From Octopus bimaculoides (taxonomy: Eukaryota): a stretch of 64,000 nucleotides of DNA. Position 1 is the stretch's first letter, and every line of letters begins with the position of its first letter. Made by a program: the position numbers and the translations under genes. The stretch spans positions 158,775,607 to 158,839,606 of the forward strand of contig NC_068981.1 of assembly GCF_001194135.2 (NCBI RefSeq), read 5' to 3'. Below the pieces are notes generated by a model. That model ran no database searches. It saw only the letters and a list, made by a program, of their open reading frames with translations, and was not told the origin of the DNA. Positions 1 through 11,627 of the stretch are shown in pieces.

Positions 1-50
<50 letters not shown>
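1..50. repeat. (GT)n microsatellite
   Basis: Direct observation. Confidence 0.98.
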
Positions 51-52
<2 letters not shown>

Positions 53-992
53 AATATATATACTAAGGAGTTTGAAAGACATAGATACCCAAAATAACGC
101 TTACAAAATATGAGTTTATTCTACTTAGACCACTCCATCAAAAATATTCTGACTCCTTCAGATGAACATTTTCATCATACTATGAAGATGTTAAAACACA
201 AAACTGCCCTCAAGAATTAAGGCTTCAGAACCCTTTGAAAATAACCTCCTACATTTATAGATGTAATTTAAATTCTGTACAAACATTAATGCCTTCTAAA
301 GTAGGTTTAAATACAAATTAGAGCAAAATAAAAACCGGTGTGAAATAGACAAGACAGTACTCAAATGGCTATTCAAAAATAACATTCAACAAAATTATAT
401 AAAATTAAGTGCCAACACGTAACAAACAATGAAGTGAAGTGCACAGCAAAAACCCTCAAACAAGAGACTAAAGATATTAGCTAATTGCCCAGTAGTTATA
501 ACAATTTACATAAACCCTAAATGCAGGCTAATCAACCAAGCTAAATTGAGCTACAATTACTTAGAAAGAAGATTTTGAACATTTGCATTAACATTAGGAA
601 GGCCACTGACCTATGTCAGTGAAATAACTAACAATGTCATTATCTATTTCAACAGTATCAGCAATAACTGTAATACAGGTTTACTTAATTCAACTTTTAT
701 CTCTCTTTTCTAAAATCCTACAATAGTGCCCTAGATTTTGCTAAGAACCATATTACAATAGATAGCAGTAATATATATGTAATAGTACATACTAGACAAA
801 TCCTACTCAAAGATCTAACTCAGTAAGTTCCTTTATGCTTATACGGAAGAAGCCTACTAGGTAAGCTCTTTTGACCTTAGGGGGAGTTCTTATAAAAAAA
901 CAGGGTTTGTCTAGCATGCATTATTATGATATTGATATTGCTACTATCATATTGTATATTCTAATCTAGATTATATTCTGATATGACAATTA

Positions 993-1842
993 TTGGGTTG
1001 AGGAATAATTCATGAACATTTTTTTCAAGTGTAAAATTGCAGGCAGAAATAAAGCACATTGGCAAAACGTTTTTTGTTATTTGAAAGAGAATTTTTTACT
1101 CAACAAGATAGTGTGTTTTGATTTTTCAATTTTATTAATTTTTGTGTATTTTCAGATCATTAAAATGGAATGTCAAGTGGACAGAAATGAGCATTTTCGA
1201 CACCATTTGCTTTTTGTATTTAATCAAGGTGTTAAGCCTGCCAAAGCTGCTCGTGAGATTTGTGCTGTGTACCACCCACCATAGGTTTCGCACTTCAAAA
1301 ATGGGAATTTTTACCTCAAGGACAGATCACACACCAGTCGACCAATTGAGTTCAATGAACCTTGCCCATTGAGTGAAGGTGGTTCACCACAGTTTTTTTT
1401 TATCACAATCCATCTACCCTGCCAATTCTCTGGTGGTCTGGATTTTTGTGAAGAAGTTGATTCAATCGCTCTTCATTGAACTTAATTGGCCGACCGGTGT
1501 GTGATCCATCCTTGAGGTCAAAACTCCTATTTTTGAAGCACAAAAACCAATGGTGGGCGATACTTTGAGGCATTGCTACTTCTCCATACACAGCACAAAT
1601 CTCATGAGCAGCTTTGGTGGGCTTAACACTTCCATTAAATGCAAAAAACAAATAGTGTTGAAAATGCTGTTTTGTCCACTTGATATTCCATTTTAATGAT
1701 CTGAAAATACACAAAAATCAAAACACACTCTTGTAGAGAAAAACATTATCTTTCAAATAACAAAACACTTTGCTAATGCATTTTATTTCTGCATGTATTT
1801 TTAAATTTGAAAAAAACGCACATGAATTATTCCTCAACCCAA
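993..1842. mobile_element. Non-autonomous mariner derivative made of two inverted left ends
   Basis: TA|TTGGGTTGAGGAATAATTCATG ... CATGAATTATTCCTCAACCCAA|TA; both arms encode the N-terminal HTH of a mariner transposase (MECQVDRNEHFRHHLLF.. on +; ..HTGRPIKFNEERLNQLLHKNP on -). Confidence 0.88.
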
Positions 1843-2133
1843 TATTTTCCCTTTCCCTATAATTTTCATTGTTTTCTTTTAAATATTTTATTGAAAATTT
1901 AAAAATTTTTTAACTTTCTATATTGTTCATCCATTTAAACCATTTTTATAATTATTTGAATAATTTTTCTTCATATACTTTTTTGTTAACATTCTTCTAA
2001 ATTGTAAAATTTTTGCTTGTTCTGACATTTGTGCCTCACACTGTTTTATTTTTCACATACATCCCATTTTTCACTTTGGTTCTATGTTTTTTGCCATGGT
2101 AACTGAAAGGCATAACACATATATATATATATA

Positions 2134-2381
2134 CAGTAATCCCTCGCTATGGGGATTACTGTATATATATATATAACAGGGTTCACCTATCGCAGTTTAT
2201 CATTTAAGCTTATGTCAGTTCCTCTGTGATGTTGTTTTGCATTTATAATAAAATAAATATATACAAATTATAAAAATAATTAAATATATATATACAGTAC
2301 AGTACTGTTTCTACTTCGTGGATTTTAATCTATTGGAGGGGGTTTTGGAATGTAACACCTGCGATAGTCGAGGAATAACTG
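2134..2381. mobile_element. Tigger/pogo-like MITE
   Basis: TA|CAGTAATCCCTCGCTAT ... ATAGTCGAGGAATAACTG|TA. Confidence 0.65.
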
Positions 2382-2872
2382 TATATCGAAATGGAGTAAT
2401 TTTAGTGAAGCATTTTGTGATATTAAGGAGACTTGTTGAGTAAGGCCAGAACAATGAGATGTAAAGTAAACTCAAAAAGAAAACAAAACAAAAGAAGGCT
2501 GTGGTTTTACCTTATATTCCTAGACATGTAGAAAAGTGAGGGATGCTAAAAGATCATTGCTCTGATGTGTGTGGGGAAGGGGACATGAGGAGACAGCTTA
2601 CTATAGCAACACCAGTAAACAGCATCCTTGCTAGACATGGTTGCCCACCCTTGTTTGTGCACATAGGGAACCAATTTCATAGAAGCATGCTGGCAAGTGT
2701 TAGGAGTATTTGTAAGAAGTTTGCTTCCCAATTATATGGTCCCAGGTTCAAGGTCAACGGCACTTTGGGCTGAACAAAGCCTTGTGAGTGGATCTGATGG
2801 ACAGAAGCTGAAAGAAGCCCATCATGTGTGTGTGTGTGTGTGTGCATGTGTGTCTGTGACAAGGTAAGTCCA

Positions 2873-3042
2873 TACAGTTCTATATTTAAGAGATGAGGAA
2901 TTATGTACATTATTTACATTTGACGGATATTTGTCATCTCATTTGTTGTTAACGACATTTCAGCTGATATACCTTCCAGCCTTCATCAGGTGTCTTGGGG
3001 AAATTTCGAACCTGGGTTCTCATTCCTAAGGTTTTTTTTCGA

Positions 3043-3095
<53 letters not shown>

Positions 3096-3206
3096 TCACT
3101 GCCTGGAATCAAACTTGGAATCTTGGGATTAGTAGCCTGCGCTCTTAACCACAAGATTCCAAGTTCGATTCCAAGCAGTGACCTGAATAATAATAATAAT
3201 AATAAC
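2873..3206 (-). mobile_element. tRNA-headed Penelope terminal-repeat unit with hammerhead core plus inverted 5' copy
   Basis: Reverse complement matches the units at 27860-28127 and 28501-28728, which adjoin Penelope ORF fragments. Confidence 0.75.
2950..2995 (-). ncRNA. Minimal type I hammerhead ribozyme motif (stem I partly degraded)
   Basis: gacac-CTGATGA-a-ggctg(gaaggtatat)cagct-GAAA-t-GTC-gtt. Confidence 0.55.
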
Positions 3207-3422
3207 GCCGACCACTCCAAGAGTGTAGTGGGCGCTTTTATGTGCCACCGGCACGAGGGCCAGTGACGTGGTACTGGCAACGGCCACGCTCAAAATGGTG
3301 TCTTTTACATGCCACCTGCACAGGAGCCAGTCCAGAGGCACTGGCAACGACCTCGCTAGAATGTTTTTTCATGTGCCAGTAAAGCGACGCTGGTAACGAT
3401 CACACTCAAATGGTGCTATTTA

Positions 3423-3459
<37 letters not shown>

Positions 3460-3466
3460 CCAGTTT

Positions 3467-3606
3467 CCATCTACCAAATCTACTCACAAGGCTTTGGTTG
3501 GCCCAAGGCTATAGTAGAAGACACTTTCCCAAGGTGCCACGCAGTGGGACTGAACCTGGGACCATGTGGTTGGTAAGCAAGCTACTTACCACGCAGCCAC
3601 TCCTGA
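3467..3606 (-). mobile_element. tRNA-derived SINE (family B: ggagtggctgcgtggtaag...ggttcagtcccac)
   Basis: A/B-box-like head; related copies at ~5760-5960(+), ~20930-21110(+), 2765-2860 and ~56105. Confidence 0.75.
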
Positions 3607-4149
3607 GCTGTGCTCTTGTTCTTGTTTAGATTAACTATATAATATACATATATATATTTCGTGTTCTATCCTTGACCAGCCTAACTCTGGCCCCCTCTCT
3701 GTCTCACTCTCTATTTCGATAAACACTTGCTTCGCCAACACTTCCCCCTCCTCCACCACCCCACCTTACATAAACTAGCGCACGCACTCTGATTCCGCTA
3801 TTTCATTTTAATAACACCGCCAAAAGAATATGAATCCAGAAGATGCTCAGATAAGAAATGTTGTTTTTTTCAACTTCATACATCTACACCTCTATTTCTG
3901 TGTAGATCATAAACCCCTTACTAGTTCTTTTCATTATTCTGTCTATTTCATTACCATGTAAACATAGTTTCGTCTTCCTCTCTGTTGTTTTAAAACAAAC
4001 TTATGTTCCTTCACACGCATTTACTATTCGTCACCTATTCATTTATTCAAATTGTCACATCGTCATTTATTTCTCTAATTTTGTCACAGGTTGGCTGACC
4101 AAAAATTCTAAGATTTTTCAATTCTATTTCACTATTATCGTAGCTGTGG

Positions 4150-4510
4150 TCAGTGCCCCATGACTGTCTCCCATGCCAGTGGCACGTAAAAACCACTATC
4201 CAAATGAGGTCAATGCCAGGACTGCCTGACTGGCCCATGCCGGTGACATGTGGAATGCACCATCTCAACATGGCCGATGCTAGTACCTCCTGACTGGCTC
4301 CCGTGCTGGTGGCACATAAAAAGCACTATCCGAATGTGATCCATGCCAGGCCCACCTGACTGGCTCCTGTAAAAAGCACCAACTACACTTCGGAGTGGTT
4401 GGCATTAGGAAGGGCATCCAGCTGTAGAAACATTGCCAGATTAGAATGGAGCCTGGTGCAGTCACTGGCTCTCAAGACTTCAGTCAAATTGTCCAACCCA
4501 TGCCAGCACT
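4150..4510 (+). mobile_element. RTE-family 3' UTR fragment
   Basis: aagggcatccagctgtagaaac...gtccaacccatgccagca, the same family as 7113-7886. Confidence 0.7.
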
Positions 4511-4539
4511 ACCATACTACTAATTATTAATTTTTACCC

Positions 4540-4600
<61 letters not shown>

Positions 4601-4623
4601 TCTCTCTCTCTCTCTCTCTCTCT
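4540..4623. repeat. (TA)n-(GA)n-cc-(TC)n compound microsatellite
   Basis: Direct observation. Confidence 0.95.
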
Positions 4624-4977
4624 CTACGAGAGAAAGTAAGTCTTGTAAGACATTGTCACTAGTGCTAGTAACACAAATGCACCCAAACCATGCTGTAAAG
4701 TGGAGGGTAAAAAGAGAACACCTTTCCAAAGAATCCACGCAAAAAAGAGAGAAATACATAGTAAAGATATTAATTTTGTAAGTCACAGTTGATGCAATCT
4801 GTCTAGAACAGTGACTCCTAAAAACTGCATCAAAATAGAGAGGACTTTTAGTCCTAGGAGATAAGCTTTCTATTCTTGGTGAAATAATAAAACGCACTTA
4901 GTCATGTAAAGTGGTTGGTGATAGAAAGGGTCTCCATACAAAAAATAAATCACAACAAATACTGGTAGTTTTCTCAG

Positions 4978-5495
4978 TTGGAATGTGAATCAGATGCAAC
5001 AAACAGTTCAGACGCAGCAGCTTTGCATAACTGATGCCAGCAGGTAAAAACAAAAACAAACTGATAATGCTTATGATATAGTAAAGCACTATATAATACT
5101 AAATATGAACACTTTTAAGATTGAACAAATGTGAAAAAAAAATAGGAAAATTATTATTTGAAGAGTTAAAAACAAGCAAGGTATAAATGAAATGCTTAAA
5201 GAATTTATAAATTTGTCAAATTTGAGCAAAATGAAGCAAATTTTCTTCAGAAATAATAATATATGGAAAAAGAATCTTGTAAACACGCAAAAACAATTAG
5301 ATTCATTTTCTTTTATTTCTTTATCATATCATAAAGTGTCAAAATGTTCTGTTGCACTTCTGTGACCAGAACGCCTACACAGTTCCACTGCATCTCAAAA
5401 TGGATAAACATAACTCTTCTATGAAGTAATTTATTCATTTTTCAACATATTTCAGATCAAATCCCTTGCAAAGCAAGTATAACTTTGAAACATAA
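4978..5495 (+). other. Candidate last two exons (4978..5043, 5456..5495) of an unidentified plus-strand gene
   Basis: ttttctcag|..cag|gtaaaa and tatttcag| acceptor; splices to WNVNQMQQTVQTQQLCITDASRSNPLQSKYNFET*; no homolog recognised. Confidence 0.25.
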
Positions 5496-6344
5496 TATGA
5501 TGACTGTGAGGAATTAGAAACATATTGCTAAGTTGTAACTATTGCTCAGTTTCTTCACATTGAAAAGTATAGTAATCTTTTCAATTTCCATGGTAACAAA
5601 ACATGAGACACTTATGGTTCATTAGCCTTTAATATATATTTTGTATATATTTACATAGGTCTTTTATATATATATATTTAAAATAGATTAGTAAAGTAAA
5701 GTATATTTCATGAAATAAAATATGGCTAAATCAAATATTTCAAATATATACATTTCGTCAGGTGCAAGCATGGTTAGCTAGGTGCAGGTATGACTATGTG
5801 GTTAAGAAGTTTGCTTCTCAACCACACAGTTTTGGTTACAGTCCCACAGCATGACATCTTGGGCAAGTATCTTCTATATCTCCTGGTTGACTGAAGCCTG
5901 TTGAGTAGTGATAGAAACTGAAAGAAGCCCATTATGTGTGTTTGCATGCATGTTTGTCTTGCATTCACATTATGGTTGTAAATTAATATCACCATTGTAC
6001 AAGCAGTGTTATTCATTCAGGGAAATATTGCTGAGAAACAAAACAAGCATAAACTGTCACTCTTTGATATAAACATATCTTTCCACTCTCCTCCAAGAAT
6101 AGAGTTCTTTATATATAATGTTTGCACATATGCCAATATATGTTTTACAACTTTTATGTTTTATACATATATATATATTGTGATGATGCCTTTTGTTATA
6201 TATTATAATTAATACCTCCTGCTGACCCTGACTGTTTATTTACAGTGTATGTCTGATATATTCATGTAAAGTGGAAGGCTTGCAAATAAATCTAAATGAG
6301 GGTAAAATATATCCATCCTATCCATGAGAGAGGAAGCAAAGCAG

Positions 6345-6950
6345 ATGCTGAAATCTACAGCCTTATCTCTGTGACCTCGAATATCAGCAACATCATGGAA
6401 TGAATTAACTGATTATGTTTCTAGAGGAAAATGACTTACTCATTGATACACAACATGGTTTTCTACCCAGACTGAATCTGTCACACAGCTGCTGCAACAT
6501 TATGACTGAAGTTAAAACTGTTGCTCACTTAGTCAAACATACAAGTGATATACCTGAACTTCGCAAAAGCTTTCATTAAAGTTTGTCATGGGATAATATG
6601 TCACAAGCTACAGTTATCTCAGTAGAGTAGGGTTGTAAGAGTTTTCTAAACAATAAAATATAAAATTGTTGCCCTTTCCAAAGTATTAACAATCCAAAGT
6701 GAGGTGTGGCAGGAAACTGTGCACTAATTGTGACAGTTCTATCAGATGCATCCCTGGTTAGAGTATAGCCACTTCTGATGCTTTGCTGATGAAAATAAGA
6801 GAAAGTAATAAAGAGCACTCCTGATATTAAACACCTCAAAAACAACTTGCAATGAGACCAAGGCAATGTAATATTTTGAACCGCAAAAAGATAATGAACC
6901 AATCTTTAAATGTATCTTGCAACAATTATTTAAAATGCGCTTAACTACCA
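6345..6950 (+). mobile_element. Degenerate CR1/L2-like LINE reverse transcriptase fragment
   Basis: Interrupted motifs Y(R)PISVTSNIS.IME, (Q)HGF, TQLL, DVIYL.FAKAF.KV.HG. Confidence 0.6.
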
Positions 6951-7112
6951 CAAAGGTTAAACCTCATAATCTCTGATGAAGTTTTTTAACAACTCTACAA
7001 ATATAACATAGTTAGAAATATATCTTAAACATTAACAAGACCAAAATAACCAGATTATACACACACACAAATATACATACATACATACAAATATATATAT
7101 ATATATATATAT

Positions 7113-7886
7113 ATCATCATCATCATCGTTTAACGTCCACTTTCTATGCTAGCATGGGTTGGACGATTTGACTGAGGACTGGTCAACCAGATGGCTACAC
7201 CAGGCTCCAATCTGATTTGGCAGAGTTTCTACAGCTGGATGCCATTCCTAATGCCAACCACTCCGAGAGTGTAGTGGGTGCTTTTACGTGCCACTGGCAC
7301 GAAGGCCAGTTAGGAGGTACTGGCAACGGCCAAGCTCGAAATGGTGTATTTTACCTGCCACCTGCACAGGATCCAGTCCAGAGGTACTGGCAACGAACTC
7401 GCTCAAATGTCTTTTCACATGCCACTGGCACAAGTGCCAGGGAGGCGACGTTGGTAATGGTCACGATCAAATGGTGCTATTTACGTGCCACGGGCACGAA
7501 AGCTAGACAACTGGTGCTCTGGCAACGATCACGCTCGGACGGTGCTCTTAGTGATTTACTGGTACTGGTGCCATCACGATTTCGCTTTCGCTTGCCCCAA
7601 CAGGTCTTCGCAAGCCGAATTTAGTGTTCAATGAAGACGTTGGCATGGGTGCCAGTCTACAAATTTAGTTCGATTTCGATTTCACTTGCCTCAACAGGTT
7701 TTCGCAAACGGAGTTTTGTGTCCAAAGAAGGAATGTTACGCATAAGTGGGCTGGCTACATCCCTGGCAGAGGCCTTGGATTTTGGTCTCACTTGGCTTGC
7801 CAGATATTCTCACGCACAGCATATTTCCAAAGGTCTCGGTCAGAAGTCATTGCCTCGGTGAGGTCTAATGTTCGGAGGTCGTGCTT
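7113..7886 (-). mobile_element. RTE LINE 3' end with tandem-repeat 3' UTR and (GAT)n tail
   Basis: ORF end KHDLRTLDLTEAMTSDRDLWKYAVRE..AK*; ~70-bp internal repeats; runs into an N gap. Confidence 0.85.
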
Positions 7887-8202
7887 NNNNNNNNNNNNNN
7901 NNNNNNNNNNNNNNNNNNNNNNNNNNNNNNNNNNNNNNNNNNNNNNNNNNNNNNNNNNNNNNNNNNNNNNNNNNNNNNNNNNNNNNNNNNNNNNNNNNNN
8001 NNNNNNNNNNNNNNNNNNNNNNNNNNNNNNNNNNNNNNNNNNNNNNNNNNNNNNNNNNNNNNNNNNNNNNNNNNNNNNNNNNNNNNNNNNNNNNNNNNNN
8101 NNNNNNNNNNNNNNNNNNNNNNNNNNNNNNNNNNNNNNNNNNNNNNNNNNNNNNNNNNNNNNNNNNNNNNNNNNNNNNNNNNNNNNNNNNNNNNNNNNNN
8201 NN
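7887..8202. other. Assembly gap (N); others at 12074-12402, 14159-14258 and 37383-37562
   Basis: Runs of n. Confidence 1.
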
Positions 8203-8246
<44 letters not shown>

Positions 8247-9056
8247 ACACACATGTATCATATCCTTTCCTCTCCATAATTCATAAATGGTCTTTCTCTG
8301 TAGAGGACCATTCAAACCCACTGTCTTCCAAGTAGGTTACCTAGCAGAACACAGACAATCACATCTCTTGATTTCTCATGATGACCATCCTTACTAAATT
8401 AAAAACTAAATTTCTTCAGCAGTTCCAAAACATTACTTTAGTTATTTTCTTGCTGATTTTCTGCAAAGCTCAAATAAAGCACCACATATCTGTGGCGTCC
8501 TGCAGCTACACACAAATATCAAAGCAAAAGTCAACCTGTTGATTGGTAAAAACTCACCTTCCTACAGACTACAACCATCACCTTTAAATCAAATCAATGA
8601 TGGGGCATCTATATCGTCACTTGACTTGCTAGAAATAGCAATGAAACCTCCCTAAAACCTGCTATACCATTTGTCTTCAAAGTTGTCATATTGTATAAAG
8701 TAGTCCCGAAAATAAGATGAGATAATCTTGGCAGAAACACTTTTGATTATGGATCTGCTCACTCATGCTCAACTTGGGCTTAAACAACAACAGATTTTTT
8801 AAAATTGTTATAACTGTTTCTTTCTGCCTTTTCTATTTTGGCTCCTGCTCTGAACCAACAATTTGCATACCAAACAATGCACTTAAATTTCATCTCCTTC
8901 TTGCTTGATTTGTCCTAATTATTTCTCCTCAGACTTGCAATCCTTTGGGATTTCTCTGTTCATCCACATTTTTTCAGCAGACATTCAAAAGGTTGAATTA
9001 ATCTAAAATGACCTGCCAAGTTATAAACAAATCTGAAATTTATAAACAAAGCAAAC

Positions 9057-9107
9057 CTTTCTTGAGTGTTAGCCGTTTTTTTTCTGCCTACCAGTCGAGG
9101 TGCAGAC
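9057..9107 (-). other. Candidate 51-nt exon of the 15.7-kb minus-strand gene
   Basis: attttcag|g SAPRLVGRKKTANTQE ag|gtttgc; only one frame is open. Confidence 0.3.
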
Positions 9108-9596
9108 CTGAAAATTTATTACTACCTGTATTGAGTATGCTTATGTCTCAATTAAAGTAAGCTCAAACTTAATGTGATATAATATCTACTTTCAATCCTT
9201 TTTCTTTCAATGCACTTTATTTTCAAACTTTTCACACTACTTAACATCAAATTCTTAAGTAAATTTGTTCAAGCTTATTATTATATGAATATGTTTTGTA
9301 TATAATGTCTTTAAAATACAATGTTTCTGTCCAAATATTTTTTTCCTTTTGAACTACACAAAGCCATATTCGAAGAGAACTATAACTTTCTGGAAAGCAA
9401 ATTCTGCTAGACAATGTCATTACTAGCACCAACAAGGGTTTGTGAAACAAACCCACCAGAATAGTAAACACTACAACTGAATAAAAGCGTTAGAAACAAA
9501 TGTGGAAGAAACCAATAGCAAATCATTCCTCTCAATTCAAGTTACAAATAGCTGTGAGGCTTTATTTTGTCATGTCTAATTGACATCCTATCTTAT

Positions 9597-9809
9597 TCTT
9601 TAGCATTTAAACTAGCCATATCCAGCCAAAATATTCTGTGTTATGATTAAACTGACCAAATCTGGCCTCAGACACCAATCCTATAATATCATTCTAAAAA
9701 TTAACAGTTACCTATCAAAATCTCAAAGTCACAAGATATGCATGATTAATTCAAAACAATGTGAATGAATAAGCATTACTTTTGACAGAATAATGTAAAT
9801 GCTAAAGGG
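9597..9809. mobile_element. TTAA-targeting (piggyBac-like) MITE
   Basis: ..TTTAGCATT...AATGCTAAAGGG|TTAA; related copies at ~11030-11236 and 56501-56717. Confidence 0.6.
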
Positions 9810-10685
9810 TTAAAGAAGATAAGTTGAACATTTTTCTTATTGTCAACTTTATGATTATTAAATAGTAGACAGAAAATAAACTATAGATTATAATAAAGCT
9901 CAAGAAATATATCCAAAGTACTGAACTAAAGCAGCTAAGCTCATCATTATGATACTGAAGAAAAACAGTTGACAACCACTTAGAAATGCATCAAATTCAC
10001 ATAAGCAAACATACTGGGGTTAGTCTGAAATTACTAATACTTCCAACACAGCTAGTAACACACATATAATTTGCAGTCAAAGTTTTATATCTCCTCTTTC
10101 AGCATACTTCAAGAGTTCAAATTAAATAATGAATTTTTTCAGTGCTACTTAATTACTTAAAATCACCAATACTATGAGAACATAAAAAGGTAATGGACAC
10201 TGACTTTCTAATTCAGACCAATAATGAATACACATCAGAAACTCCAATATAAACAAAGTAAAAATGGGAGGAATTATGCACTTAAACATTATAATTGGTC
10301 TGTCTTTAGAAGTTTCCTTATACTGAATACATGCATAGTTCAATAATCAAATCATGAGTATGTTTTATGAATCCACATTTTCTTTTTATTATATTCACTA
10401 AGGTGCATACACATTGTGAGTGTGTGTATATATTAAAAATTTATACAAAACTCTCAACTAATAATATATGCATAACAATTTTATAAACACATTTACAAGA
10501 AAGTGTGTATGTGTGAGTGTTTTCATGACCAAAATCAATGATGCACTGTAGAGTTAATCTCCTGGCAAACTAAATCTATGATGCAGGTTCAATTACTACT
10601 TGAGGAGTATCAATTCACTAATTTGTATCAATTATATTCAGCCATACTAAATAACCCAGAGGTGAACAGGTGCAACCATACTAAC

Positions 10686-10770
10686 TTGCCATTGATGCAA
10701 CACGTGAAGATGAAACCTTTTATTGTGTACCAATAACCTACTAAGAGCTGCAAGACTTTCATTGTCTGGC
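10686..10770 (-). other. Candidate internal exon of the 15.7-kb minus-strand gene
   Basis: aaatttcag|gcc...ggcaa|gttagt; two of three frames are open; product not recognised. Confidence 0.25.
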
Positions 10771-11627
10771 CTGAAATTTTTGCTTTTATTCTAAGAATAA
10801 CAACAATCAGAGAAAGATTGTTTTTGGATTAGAAAAAAAGCAAAGAATATGAATAATAACTGACTTTGTCACTGCCTGATTAATTCAGGACCCATACATG
10901 AATTTGATTATATCCTCCAGTTCCAATCTACTTCACAAAACTTGCATATTTACAGTTTATCATGGCATTCCTCAAATGGTTTAAAACTCATTTCTTGTTT
11001 GCTTTTGGTTTTTTATACTAGAGACATAAAATTAAACTGGCTATATTCAGTCAAAATATTCTACCCATTTTAAGTTCAAGCTAGTCAGATGTGGCCTCTC
11101 ACGCCAATCCTACAATATCATTCTAAACGCTAATAGTTACTTCACCAAAGTTACAAGATAATGTATGAGTAATTCAAAACAATGTGAATAAGCATGCATT
11201 ACTTTTGACAGAATATAGGGAATGCTAGAGGGTTGATAGCTTAACCTATCAAGGGTGTCTCTATAACATCACTTGACCAGCTAGAAATAGCTGCCAAGCA
11301 AAATGAAAAGTATAATATTGGATAGATGTAGTCTTAGATAAACTCAAAATAAAAAGTATAACGTTGGATAGATGTAGTCTTAGATACACTATGTCTGAAA
11401 AAAGCTGGCAAAGTTGTGGTTGGAATGCCTTTGAGCATCGGATCAAGACCTAAACAATATCAACATGAAAGAGTTGGATGTTATTTTAACAGGACGTACA
11501 TAGAAGTGGACATCAAAATGAAAGACTTTAGTATAGAGAGATATGGTGTCTTTTTTGTGTGTGCAAAGAAGTAAAGAAAATAATTACCTTAGAGTAACCA
11601 AAGTATTAAGTTAAAGCAGAAACCAAG

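Noticed and set aside
3026-3280. Poly-L/poly-N ORFs on both strands
   Set aside because: They are translations of (TTA)n and the inverted repeat.
4520-4897. 125-aa minus-strand ORF
   Set aside because: It ends in microsatellite translation, and has no recognisable domain or supporting splice pattern.
7217-7624. 135-aa ORF with repeated units; the same ~70-bp repeats considered as a CRISPR-like array
   Set aside because: This is the RTE 3' UTR tandem repeat. The units are contiguous with no unique spacers or cas genes, and the DNA is eukaryotic.
7788-8335. Long ORF-track ORFs here and at 11802-12462 and 37296-37716
   Set aside because: They are artefacts of N gaps and (TA)n runs.
11319-11387. 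22-bp direct repeat tggatagatgtagtcttagata x2
   Set aside because: A simple local slippage duplication with no further structure.
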